Source: a virus
Lineage: Duplodnaviria > Caudoviricetes
DNA length: 53,305 bases
Virus record (IMG/VR): IMGVR_UViG_3300043256_000158
Location: 1-53,305 of that record
Reading direction: 5' to 3' (one strand)
The position numbers and the translations under genes were made by a program. Below the pieces are notes generated by a model. It worked only from the letters and a program-made list of their open reading frames with translations. It was not told the origin of the DNA and did no database searches. Of this stretch, positions 8,852-17,385 are shown one piece after another. Each line of letters begins with the position of its first letter. The stretch's first letter is position 1.

Positions 8852-9247
8852 TCATGTCAGCACCGCCAGTATCTCCTTGTCATGGACCACCCGGATCAGG
8901 TCCGTAGGATCGGCCTCGCGCGTGATGCCGGCGTACTTCGATATCATCACCCGATCGCCAAGCTCCGGCTTGCGACCTTTCCAGTCCGGCAATGTAAAGG
9001 CATTGCCCCCACAGGCCAGCAAAGTCCCCTCCGTGGCAGCCATCTGATTCCGGTCGCGGCGCTCCTGTGGGATAAAGATGCCGCCGGAGGTGACTTCCTC
9101 CTTCGGGTCGAGGCGCACCACGCACTTGAACTCGACTGGCTCGATGCCGGTGTCGTTGATGTCCTCAGGCGCCCAATCCACGGGCATTCTAGTAGCCGGA
9201 ATGTCCGTCTTCACTGTCTTGAACTTCAGACTGACTCTCTTGCCCAT
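8852..9247 (-). CDS. GroES-like co-chaperonin
   Basis: IEPVEFKCVV, TSGGIFIP, GTLLACG, GDRVMISKYAG, EILAVL match the Cpn10 pattern. Confidence 0.85.
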   Translation of the reverse strand: MGKRVSLKFKTVKTDIPATRMPVDWAPEDINDTGIEPVEFKCVVRLDPKEEVTSGGIFIPQERRDRNQMAATEGTLLACGGNAFTLPDWKGRKPELGDRVMISKYAGITREADPTDLIRVVHDKEILAVLT

Positions 9248-9473
9248 CTCTTCCCTCTCTCATGTCGTAGAATGTCTCAATGCTCTCCAGGTCAAGGTCG
9301 GCCAAATCCTCCAGGTTCTGCAACTGAACCCGGGCCTCATCTGTCCAGTTCTCGCCGTTAGCCCACTGTTCGCGGATATGGGCCGCAAAGTCGCGCAGGT
9401 AGTGGTCAACCGCCTCGGTTACCGGATGACCCCGCCACGCTTGGAAGTCGTCTTTCGTCAATCTTGGGCGCAC
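9189..9473 (-). CDS. Hypothetical head-module protein
   Basis: FQAWRGHPVT motif, helical, between portal and GroES-like gene. Confidence 0.6.
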   Translation of the reverse strand: MRPRLTKDDFQAWRGHPVTEAVDHYLRDFAAHIREQWANGENWTDEARVQLQNLEDLADLDLESIETFYDMREGRDGQESQSEVQDSEDGHSGY

Positions 9474-9802
9474 AGTCTCACCTCGTCCACGGCATCAATC
9501 GCCGCTATGGCCTCAACCCAATAAGTAGCCCATGCCGGCTGGATTGGATAAACAATTGCCACTGCATTGTTACCGGCAAGACAGGGATGATTTGGATGTC
9601 CAGTCGTGATCTGATCGGCGTTCACTCTCTTTGATTCACAAATTGCCTTCGCAACTTTAGTGATACGCTCCTCTTTTGGTGTTCGCGGTTCATGTGCCAC
9701 ACGAACAAGCCTGAAGAGTTCCTTCAATGCTACCGTGACTGCCTCATGTGCTGCTTTTGGCGACGGTAAGTTTTTTTCCTTCAATATCGGATTTGCGCTC
9801 AT
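9458..9802 (-). CDS. Hypothetical protein (AT-richer insertion)
   Basis: ORF filling gap after portal; start uncertain. Confidence 0.45.
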   Translation of the reverse strand: MSANPILKEKNLPSPKAAHEAVTVALKELFRLVRVAHEPRTPKEERITKVAKAICESKRVNADQITTGHPNHPCLAGNNAVAIVYPIQPAWATYWVEAIAAIDAVDEVRLCAQD

Positions 9803-11993
9803 TTGCCTCTCTCGCATCCATGGCCTTGCCAACTTCCAATCGGCACCGCAATTGCTCGCAAGCCTCGTCGCTCATGATCTTCATCGCCTCAAGTTCGATC
9901 TTATCAGAAGCCGCTTCAGCACTGGCCAAGTTAAGAATGGTTTTGGACTGAGATTCCGCAGCCTGGGCCAGCAATTTGCGCACTTCCGCCTTAACCTTCC
10001 CGGCTTCAGCCTCAGCTTTCATGCCACCAATCTGAAGTTCCTGGGCCTTGATCTCCAGCTCTTTCTTCTTGATCTCGATCTCGTCCGCGGCCTGGGCGAT
10101 GCCCGGATCGGGCGGCGGCTCATCGACCAGCAGTTCGTCGATATCCGCCACACCCACGGCACCGAAGATGCGCCGTCGCACACCCGAGGGGTCCACATAG
10201 GGGTCATCACGGTAGCCCTCCAGGAATTGCGCCTGCACCAAACGCTGGCCTTCCGTGACCATGTTGGGATCGGCCACGGGCAGGATATCCAGATCATCGA
10301 AGTTGTAGTCGTCCGGCGCGATCGCCTCGGGCTCATCCAGCAACGTGAAATACGTATCGGGCTCCAGATACAGCCTGTTGAGCCGGGCCAGCTTCTTGAA
10401 TTCGGACCTGAGCGAGCGGAACAGGCGCTTGTAAATGGCGGAGAACACCTTCATGCCCTGCTCGATGCGGGCTCTTGTGCGTCCCTCGCCTTCACCCGGC
10501 GGGCCTTCGTCACCAGTCATCACGTCCTTGACCGAGGTAATGTCCCGCGCCGCCTCAATCAGCAGCCCCAAAAGCTGGAACAGGACTGGCGACGGCCCTG
10601 GCCAGTCCATCTTAACGATATTGTCCCTGATCGCACCCCCGACGGAAATAACCCGCTTGAATTCACCAGGCCGGAAACGCGAATCCCCGCCCTTGATACG
10701 CATCGCCGCGCCGATGAAGCCCCCGCCCATGTTCTGCAAAGTGCCCGCGTCCAGCATGCGGTTGATCGAGCCGTTGATGGCCTCGCTCATGGGCCTCAAG
10801 AGCGAGCCGAAGCCGATATCGTAGAAAGAGCCGTCGAAAGCCGGGATGAAGCCGAACTTGGTGAAATACTTCGCGCCCTTGATGCGGGTGACCTTGTTCC
10901 CATCCCAGGTTACGGATTCGTCATCGAAGCGCGCCACAACTCGGACCGTCTTGCCGGTCTCCTTGTGAACCATGACGATGTAGGGCTCAGGATAGCCGTC
11001 CTCGTCCAAATCCTCCAGGCGGTGCTGCTCAAGGAATTCGTGGGGGCTGTCCTCATCGTTCGGCTCGGAACCCGCCGGCTGGCCCATGTCGAACTCGATG
11101 AATCTTCCATCCCGCATGCGCTCCTCGACCTCATGGGGATAGAGGCGGGTCACATGCGTAGCGCGCGGGCAGGTATCAAGCGACTTGGTGTCGTAATGGA
11201 CCACCAAATCATCGGGCAGCACGAGCTCGGAGACGTTCCGCCCAAGCGAGGGACTGAAATATGTCTTCCGGAATACACAGCCCAAGATCGGCAAGACATG
11301 CAGGAGCCGGTCGGTTTCCTCCTCCCACTCGACCATCTCATCGAGCAACTGATAGGACATATGGCGCCCGACCCGATCGGCGCGCTGCTTCTTGGCGCCG
11401 GGTGAAACTTTCCATTGCTGCTCGGGAGACTGTTGCTGGGCCTGGGGGTCTTGCTGCTCACCCATACCATTGGCAGGGGGCTGACCTATACTTTCGGGTA
11501 GGGCCCTGCCATCTTGCGAGGCAGCCTGGCCACCATTTGCACCCGGCAAACCAGGCTGCCCCTGTGACTGCTCCAGCGGCACCCCATCGTCATTGCCCCG
11601 CACCCGGCCCTTGACCACATCCGGGCCATTGATGATCGCCGGATAAGCCCTGGCGGCAAACTGGATGGCCGCGATGGTGAGCAACGGATATTTAATGTTG
11701 GCCGCTTTGGGCCAGGGAAAGTTCTTCTCCTCAACCACCTGCTTGGCCAACTTCATGGCCTCGTCGGTGGCCTCCTGCCAGTCCGAGCGGCTCTCCAAGT
11801 CAACCTGGAACTCGCGCAGCACCTTCTGCCCCAAGCGGCCCCGTTCCTCGTCGCCCATCTCCTCGGCGATGTTGTCCGAATCGATCAGCTCGTACAGACG
11901 CTTGCGGGAGGCGGCGGGCGTACGCTTGGGAGCGGATTCGCGCCAGTGGTAAGGCTTGGGGTCGCTCAGGACGGCTTTGGCAGTATTAGGCAT
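9744..11993 (-). CDS. Portal protein (P22-like podovirus type)
   Basis: 749 aa; KNFPWPKAANIKYP, DAGTLQN, ILPVADPN, C-terminal coiled coil; follows terminase. Confidence 0.9.
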   Translation of the reverse strand: MPNTAKAVLSDPKPYHWRESAPKRTPAASRKRLYELIDSDNIAEEMGDEERGRLGQKVLREFQVDLESRSDWQEATDEAMKLAKQVVEEKNFPWPKAANIKYPLLTIAAIQFAARAYPAIINGPDVVKGRVRGNDDGVPLEQSQGQPGLPGANGGQAASQDGRALPESIGQPPANGMGEQQDPQAQQQSPEQQWKVSPGAKKQRADRVGRHMSYQLLDEMVEWEEETDRLLHVLPILGCVFRKTYFSPSLGRNVSELVLPDDLVVHYDTKSLDTCPRATHVTRLYPHEVEERMRDGRFIEFDMGQPAGSEPNDEDSPHEFLEQHRLEDLDEDGYPEPYIVMVHKETGKTVRVVARFDDESVTWDGNKVTRIKGAKYFTKFGFIPAFDGSFYDIGFGSLLRPMSEAINGSINRMLDAGTLQNMGGGFIGAAMRIKGGDSRFRPGEFKRVISVGGAIRDNIVKMDWPGPSPVLFQLLGLLIEAARDITSVKDVMTGDEGPPGEGEGRTRARIEQGMKVFSAIYKRLFRSLRSEFKKLARLNRLYLEPDTYFTLLDEPEAIAPDDYNFDDLDILPVADPNMVTEGQRLVQAQFLEGYRDDPYVDPSGVRRRIFGAVGVADIDELLVDEPPPDPGIAQAADEIEIKKKELEIKAQELQIGGMKAEAEAGKVKAEVRKLLAQAAESQSKTILNLASAEAASDKIELEAMKIMSDEACEQLRCRLEVGKAMDAREANERKSDIEGKKLTVAKSST

Positions 11994-12465
11994 CTAAAGT
12001 CCGTCCCTCTAATAATATAAGTTCTTGTGAAAAGTCCTTAACAAACGCTCGGGTCATCCTTTCGGCTTTCCGTTGTGCATCAACTCTCGTTAGTAATGCT
12101 TTCTCTTTGCTTCCGTCACTGGGATCAACACAGTAAGATTCAATACATGCATCCACCCAATACATTTCAATTTCATAGTAACGATGCCAAAATATGACGC
12201 GCAATAAAATTTTATCACCGACTTCTGCCTCTGATACCTGGCCAACACAGCGCCTATTTGTCTTAGACATCCCTGCACCACGTCCCCGAGTCCATTGCCA
12301 ATGTGCTTTCAGCCCATCATCATCCTGATGCAGAGCATCTACACCATAGCCGCGTTGCTTAGAGTCGCGATCATCGAAAAGAAAGCCATCTTGCATTGAG
12401 ATCATTCCTTGCGAACACAATCGTAGGCTCGGCATGCATCTTGCTGGTTCATGTTCAATACCCAC
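11986..12465 (-). CDS. Hypothetical protein (AT-rich insertion between terminase and portal)
   Basis: 159 aa ORF overlapping neighbours. Confidence 0.45.
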   Translation of the reverse strand: MGIEHEPARCMPSLRLCSQGMISMQDGFLFDDRDSKQRGYGVDALHQDDDGLKAHWQWTRGRGAGMSKTNRRCVGQVSEAEVGDKILLRVIFWHRYYEIEMYWVDACIESYCVDPSDGSKEKALLTRVDAQRKAERMTRAFVKDFSQELILLEGRTLDA

Positions 12466-12631
12466 TCACGCTGTCAGCCTGCGCAACATCCTCAAATTCC
12501 TCCGGCGCAATCTCCCGCGCCTCGCTGTCCGACAGATGAAACCATCTGCGTAGCACACGCAGTGGCGTGCCATTCTCGTAGGCCTGGCGGGCCTCAAGAA
12601 TAGCTTGCGGAGTCCGATCAGAAACATCCAT
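12455..12631 (-). CDS. Small hypothetical, possibly HTH-like
   Basis: MDVSDRTPQAILEARQAY...; start uncertain. Confidence 0.45.
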   Translation of the reverse strand: MDVSDRTPQAILEARQAYENGTPLRVLRRWFHLSDSEAREIAPEEFEDVAQADSVSGY

Positions 12632-12800
12632 CACCCTTGCCAAGCCTTTCAATTGTATAGACGCAACGCCGGCGTTCAGCACCAAGAACCCGCTCTTTTT
12701 CAGCCTCCGTCCAAAGAGTTACCGAATTTTCACCAACAACCGATGGAATACGCACCCAAAGTTCATCATCAACCACCTTCATCTCCAGAATCTTCGGCAT
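12618..12800 (-). CDS. Small hypothetical protein
   Basis: 60 aa, GAGGAGAG SD. Confidence 0.5.
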   Translation of the reverse strand: MPKILEMKVVDDELWVRIPSVVGENSVTLWTEAEKERVLGAERRRCVYTIERLGKGDGCF

Positions 12801-12933
12801 TATCTCTCTCCTCTCGCTTCACCTGATCTGCATATATTTGCCGCAGACGTTGCTTCACCTGGTCCTCAAATTCAACCCGCGCCCATAAATAGCCGTCTTC
12901 CTGAACCATCAGTTCCCGAATCTTGTATTGCAT
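12769..12933 (-). CDS. Small hypothetical protein
   Basis: MQYKIRELMVQEDGYLWARV; AAGGA SD. Confidence 0.5.
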   Translation of the reverse strand: MQYKIRELMVQEDGYLWARVEFEDQVKQRLRQIYADQVKREERDNAEDSGDEGG

Positions 12934-12961
12934 GGGCCGATATCCTTTCGTCTCTCTCGTC

Positions 12962-14251
12962 TCAGTACCCGCTGATGACGTTGCGGTCGTGCTCGGCTCG
13001 GTCGTCATGCCAATCATGCTGCTCTCCGTAGTCAACGACATCCGGCAGCCCCATGGCCAGATATCGGAAGGCATCGGCCCCGTGGCTGTGCTCGTCATGG
13101 CGCGGCCGGGGCTTGAAGGTGCTCATCTTCTCGTCCCACTCGGCCCGGTACTGCCGCAAGTGTTCAAGTCCGAGCTCACATTTCCCGACATCGAAATAGC
13201 ACCGCGGCAACAGGTTCCGCGCCGCGTTGATCCCATCCTCGATGGGACTGCGCGGCAGGACCCGCAAGTCCCGCGCGCCCAGGCTGTGCAATGTCGAGAG
13301 ACGGCTGCGGCCAGTGCCCCACTCATCGGCATCGGCATCGTGGGGCAGAATGGTGTCCATGTAGGTGTAGGGCTTCTCACGTAGCACCTTAACGTAGTGC
13401 TCGGCACCTACGCCCGTGGCCTCGTAGAAGTCGATGACTCGCACCTCGCGCCCGATGAGCTGGACGAACCAGATGCTCGTCGCATCACCTATACCCAGAT
13501 CCCAGGCCGTGACCACCGGATGCGCTGGGTCCCAGGGCACATTCCCGATCCGCCCTTCCCGCTCGGCCGCGGCCATCTGCTTGCCGTAGTACGCCCCGGC
13601 CAGCGCAGCCAGGAACGAGCATTCGTACTCCTGCTCGTATTCGTCCTCGCTCATCTCCCGGCGCGCGGCGTTCAGCACCGACTCGGACAGAATACCGGTC
13701 TCGCTTGCACGGTAGATCGCCGTGTACCAGTTGGGATTCTTACAGCCCTGGTCGTAACGGTCCCAGAAAGCATTGCGGCCCTTGGGGGTGCCAATGAAAA
13801 TAGCCCAGCCGTCACGGTCTGAAAGACACGGTATCAGTATCTCGGTCCACACCCGGGGGCGCATCTGGGCGTATTCGTCGAGCACCACGCCGTCCAGATA
13901 CACCCCGCGCAGAGCATCCGGATTGTCAGCCCCGTACAGCCGCACCCGCCTGCCACCAGGTAGATCGACGCGCAACTCCGCCTCGTTGACCTTACGGCCC
14001 GGGATCGGCTCCGTGTAGTGCTTCAGGTAGTCCCAGGCGACATCCTTGGCCTGCTTGTAGAGCGGCGCCATGTAGGCGAAGCGCGGGCGTTCCTTGGTGC
14101 ACCCGATAGCGCGACGGATCAATTCGTTGATGCACAGGACCGTCTTGCCGAGACGGCGGTGCGAAACCAGAACCGAGCGATGTTTGAGATTGGCGTGTAT
14201 CTGGGCCTGAACCGTCCGCGGCCGGTACGGGATCGTGATTAATTGTCCCAT
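12962..14251 (-). CDS. terL: Terminase large subunit
   Basis: HRRLGKT Walker A, VVLDEYAQM Walker B, GTPKG, WDLG and SHGADAFRY nuclease motifs. Confidence 0.95.
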   Translation of the reverse strand: MGQLITIPYRPRTVQAQIHANLKHRSVLVSHRRLGKTVLCINELIRRAIGCTKERPRFAYMAPLYKQAKDVAWDYLKHYTEPIPGRKVNEAELRVDLPGGRRVRLYGADNPDALRGVYLDGVVLDEYAQMRPRVWTEILIPCLSDRDGWAIFIGTPKGRNAFWDRYDQGCKNPNWYTAIYRASETGILSESVLNAARREMSEDEYEQEYECSFLAALAGAYYGKQMAAAEREGRIGNVPWDPAHPVVTAWDLGIGDATSIWFVQLIGREVRVIDFYEATGVGAEHYVKVLREKPYTYMDTILPHDADADEWGTGRSRLSTLHSLGARDLRVLPRSPIEDGINAARNLLPRCYFDVGKCELGLEHLRQYRAEWDEKMSTFKPRPRHDEHSHGADAFRYLAMGLPDVVDYGEQHDWHDDRAEHDRNVISGY

Positions 14252-14493
14252 CGCACCGTGATCTCACCCTGGATATTGGCCTCGATCGTCTGGGCGGGCT
14301 TACCATAGCCGCGGTCCAGCGCGGAGTTAATGGCCTTCACCCGCACATTCTCATCTTTGCTCTTGGTGAGGCTTATCAGGGCCTTGACGAGTTCCGGACC
14401 ATGTTTCCTGAATGCAGCCTTGATATCGGCCGTAACTTTGTTAGGCACCCCCTTCTTGCGACCACCTGTTCGAGGATCACCCTTTCCAGCCAC
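14239..14493 (-). CDS. terS: Terminase small subunit
   Basis: GGRKKGVPNKVT, LDRGYGKPAQ; directly upstream of terL; GTG start assumed. Confidence 0.8.
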   Translation of the reverse strand: MAGKGDPRTGGRKKGVPNKVTADIKAAFRKHGPELVKALISLTKSKDENVRVKAINSALDRGYGKPAQTIEANIQGEITVRWDN

Positions 14494-14517
14494 GTCCAAA
14501 TACCTCTACTTTGCCTC

Positions 14518-14546
14518 TTGACACTTAGGACCGTTGGCCCTATATT
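14518..14546 (+). promoter_or_regulatory. Sigma70 promoter with palindromic operator in spacer
   Basis: TTGACA-17 bp-TATATT; imperfect palindrome TAGGACCGTTGGCCCTA. Confidence 0.8.
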
Positions 14547-14577
14547 AATGATAGACACACTCATAGGAGTTAGAGAA

Positions 14578-14784
14578 ATGACCTACCGCGCTTACCTCAA
14601 TGATCCGCAAGTCCCACACATCCCCAAAATTCCCGTTTTCCCACGATCTCGGAAAACTGTCGTGTTCAAAACTATTCAGACTGCCTCACGCCGCCTCGAA
14701 CAGACCACGCGCTCCCACAAACACGATACGCGCGGTCTCATCTATGATACAGACGGCAATCTCGTTCACACCATCGCACTGTAA
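14578..14784 (+). CDS. Hypothetical protein (antisense moron gene 1)
   Basis: AGGAG SD downstream of promoter. Confidence 0.6.
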   Translation: MTYRAYLNDPQVPHIPKIPVFPRSRKTVVFKTIQTASRRLEQTTRSHKHDTRGLIYDTDGNLVHTIAL

Positions 14785-14790
14785 CAAACC

Positions 14791-15078
14791 ATGACCATCT
14801 GCAAAAATTGCAAGTCCTGGTTCTGGTATGGCACTGGGCATCATTATAAAACGCCATACCGGATATGTAACCACCCAAGCAAGGGCGGCAAAGGGCGAGC
14901 CCCGCTAAAACACGAAACGAATACCTGCCAAAAGTTTAAACAACGTGAAACGCCGCCTGACTCAGAGTTGTTCACGGCGTTGAAAGCCCTCACAAACGAT
15001 ATCGACGCTGGATACGACCATAGAGATATTGACACTACCCAAGCCCGCACAGCCATCGCCAAGGCACGCGGAGCGTGA
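14791..15078 (+). CDS. Cys-containing hypothetical protein (moron gene 2)
   Basis: CKNC...C...C; C-terminal QARTAIAKARG module. Confidence 0.6.
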   Translation: MTICKNCKSWFWYGTGHHYKTPYRICNHPSKGGKGRAPLKHETNTCQKFKQRETPPDSELFTALKALTNDIDAGYDHRDIDTTQARTAIAKARGA

Positions 15079-15272
15079 CCCCCACCGAATTCCGCCACAT
15101 CCGCCACGCCCTGGGCCTCAGTGCCGAGGGCTTGGCGCGTCTGCTCCAAGTGAGTTCGGGCCGTACCGTACGTCGCTGGGAGGCTGGCAACCGGAACATT
15201 CCCGGCCCTGTACGGGCGCTTATGCTACTGTTGAACAGTGGCATTATCACACCCACCAATCTGATAAATTAA
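15075..15272 (+). CDS. XRE-type HTH regulator (moron gene 3)
   Basis: RHALGLSAEGLARLLQVSSGRTVRRWEAG. Confidence 0.85.
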   Translation: MTPTEFRHIRHALGLSAEGLARLLQVSSGRTVRRWEAGNRNIPGPVRALMLLLNSGIITPTNLIN

Positions 15273-15424
15273 CGCTTGCGCCTCGATGGCCGCACCTTAC
15301 CCACCGCCGCCACGGCTCGGGATGAGGCTTTGGCCGGTAGGCTGCGGCCAGGACGTACCTTACCTACGGCGGCACGGGCTTTTGCATTGGCCCAGCTCGG
15401 CAGTGTGGGACGGTAACGAGGCAT
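15269..15424 (-). CDS. 51-aa highly basic peptide
   Basis: Hand translation MPRYRPTLPSWANAKARAAVGKVRPGRSLPAKASSRAVAAVGKVRPSRRKR; TGATG coupling. Confidence 0.6.
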   Translation of the reverse strand: MPRYRPTLPSWANAKARAAVGKVRPGRSLPAKASSRAVAAVGKVRPSRRKR

Positions 15425-15576
15425 CATGCGTGCCCCTTGTGGCTCGGCTTCACATCCGCCGGCCGCGTCATCTTCTTGTGCCGAAACGGCGTATTGGCGA
15501 TCTTGGGCTTGACAGCCTTCTTCATGCCGTAGGCCCCAGCCATTTCCTTATGGCCCCTTGCGTAACCGTGCTTCAT
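15424..15576 (-). CDS. 50-aa basic peptide
   Basis: GGAG SD; MKHGYARGHKEMAGAYGMKKAVKPK... Confidence 0.6.
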   Translation of the reverse strand: MKHGYARGHKEMAGAYGMKKAVKPKIANTPFRHKKMTRPADVKPSHKGHA

Positions 15577-15592
15577 GGCAGTTCTCCAATAG

Positions 15593-15625
15593 AAAAACCG
15601 AACTGGGTTTTGCATACCAGTCCGG
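15593..15625 (-). terminator. Intrinsic terminator downstream of nusG-like gene
   Basis: CCGGACTGG...CCAGTTCGG then TTTTT. Confidence 0.7.
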
Positions 15626-15675
15626 CTCCGCCTAGGCCATTGAGCCTGCATTCCATATTCACTCCTTTCGGGAAA

Positions 15676-16200
15676 TTAAGGCAAACTCCGTAGTATGGGT
15701 GAAAGCGCTTCCGGGTGGAGACTGACTTGCACCTCGCCTTTGAACAGGCCAAGCCATACCTTCACTTCGTACCCGCTGTCAAGCTCTATGACGGCCTTCA
15801 AGCCCTCCAATATGCCCTCGGTTATCCTTACTCTTTGCCCTCGTCGATACCGCTTGCGCTGCTCGGTAGTTTCCTTCGGGGGCTTTTTGAGCATGCCCTT
15901 GTCGTCAGCCCGCAAACGCAATTCCTCGATGACGGGAACAGGAATTTCCAAGGGCTCGCCATTGCAATAAACGACGGTCGAAACCCCAATGGTGTTGTTG
16001 ATGTCGTAGACCGTCTGGCCATTCCTCACCGCGGCGAAAACGTAACGGCAGAAATAGGGCCTCATAACCAGTTTCGTACGCCGGGCGTGCTTCACCACAG
16101 CTGGATAATGCAGATACAGCGTCTTGAAGCCCTGGAATTGCAACAGGCGGTTTACCAAGCCCTCTTTTTGTACCTGCGTATAAACTGCATACCAAATCAC
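15676..16200 (-). CDS. NusG/RfaH-like transcription antiterminator
   Basis: WYAVYTQVQKE NGN start, PYFCRYVF, INNTIGV, KOW motif GQRVRITEG. Confidence 0.9.
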   Translation of the reverse strand: MIWYAVYTQVQKEGLVNRLLQFQGFKTLYLHYPAVVKHARRTKLVMRPYFCRYVFAAVRNGQTVYDINNTIGVSTVVYCNGEPLEIPVPVIEELRLRADDKGMLKKPPKETTEQRKRYRRGQRVRITEGILEGLKAVIELDSGYEVKVWLGLFKGEVQVSLHPEALSPILRSLP

Positions 16201-16248
16201 AATGCTGATCCCGCATCCTTAAGACAGCAGATTATGGTATCATACATG

Positions 16249-16680
16249 TCAACCATTCCTGCTGATGCTCGATTTCGCTTTCAGAACCTGTAGCTTGTCA
16301 AAACGCTTCCTTGACCTTTCCCGACAGACAATTAACTGCTTCTTGAGTTTCTTGATATCGCTGTCAGCCCAGCGGAGCCTTTGGGATTGATAGCTGCCCC
16401 CGCAATAATCAGTAACAAGATCAGTTGGGCTTGGCAGACTACGATCTAGATACTGAGCACAACCATCACCGCCGATAACGTCGATTTTTTCTGGCGCAAC
16501 AAGGCAACGGCCCGTGACTTTTTCCCAATCAAGACACGCATCGGCACCGTGTAGTTTGCGACAAGCCTTCTGCCAACAGCGCAACGTTGGTTTATCGTTA
16601 AATTCCGTTGCCTCCCAATCCGTAGGCTCGTTGGGACGAAAATACACGCACCACGCGCAGACACCATTTTCACGATGCAT
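16249..16680 (-). CDS. Cys-rich hypothetical protein
   Basis: 143 aa, AGGAG SD. Confidence 0.6.
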   Translation of the reverse strand: MHRENGVCAWCVYFRPNEPTDWEATEFNDKPTLRCWQKACRKLHGADACLDWEKVTGRCLVAPEKIDVIGGDGCAQYLDRSLPSPTDLVTDYCGGSYQSQRLRWADSDIKKLKKQLIVCRERSRKRFDKLQVLKAKSSISRNG

Positions 16681-16699
16681 TAATTGTCTCCTAGCATAG

Positions 16700-17088
16700 A
16701 TTTTGTCAGTCAGCTTCTTCCAAGCTTAACCTCATTGCCTTTTCCTCCACAACACAACCCGTCCTGGTGGTCTACCATAGGACACTGGTTAATCTGTGAT
16801 GGCGCTCTCTTGCGGCTCTACCTTGCAGGTGCAACTTACGGCTGCCAGTCGCTAATACCACGTAGGAGTAACCTGTTTCTCACCATGCCCTATGCAAAGC
16901 ATGGATCAGACCGGGTTGTGTCTCGTCAGTCCGAGAGCCAAGTCCATTTTGCAGATCGGGAATGGACAACCGTGAGCACGACATCAAACTTGACAGCCTC
17001 ACAAATATATGTGAGCATGCAGTTGCCCTTTGCGCGGCAACCGCTCTGCCAAGACCGGCACGGACTCGCGCTAGAGACGTGCCGGTTT
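16700..17088. other. Structured non-coding region, candidate replication origin / primer-RNA locus
   Basis: ~400 bp with no convincing ORF, several stems, internal TTGACA promoter, next to initiator-like gene. Confidence 0.45.
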
Positions 17089-17094
17089 TCATTT
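17022..17094 (+). ncRNA. Candidate small antisense RNA
   Basis: TTGACA(16990)-17 bp-GAGCAT; hairpins GTTGCC/GGCAAC and ACCGGCACG/CGTGCCGGT then TTTCATTT. Confidence 0.45.
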
Positions 17095-17385
17095 CACCAC
17101 CTCAAGCTTCGGCCCTGCCAGATATGCCTTGGCGGCGCCTTCGTCCAGGTAATTTTCCCATATCCACTGATTCAAAAATGTGGTCGCCATGAGGCGGTAG
17201 AGAAAATCCGTGTCGGTATCGTCCATGGCCGACTGATAGCCTAGCCAGCCCGCGATAATCTCCCGTGGGTCTGCGCCGGCCTTGACGGCCTTGTCCCACT
17301 TTTCCTCTGCCTTGGGCCTGCTGCCAGGATTCAACCGGCCCCGACAGCCCTTGGCCAGTTGCCAGAATTCGTTGAAATTGGTCAT
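17089..17385 (-). CDS. Small protein resembling C-terminal domain of phage replication initiators
   Basis: FNEFW...KAEEKW...ATTFLNQWIW pattern. Confidence 0.6.
   Translation of the reverse strand: MTNFNEFWQLAKGCRGRLNPGSRPKAEEKWDKAVKAGADPREIIAGWLGYQSAMDDTDTDFLYRLMATTFLNQWIWENYLDEGAAKAYLAGPKLEVVK

Noticed and set aside
9660-11405. 581-aa plus-strand ORF (and similar long antisense ORFs such as 31321-32352 and 37846-38919)
   Set aside because: Shadow frames opposite clear genes in GC-rich DNA, with no motifs
15288-15377. Direct repeat ACCTTACC as a pac or nut-like site
   Set aside because: Explained by the AAVGKVRP peptide repeat in a coupled minus-strand ORF
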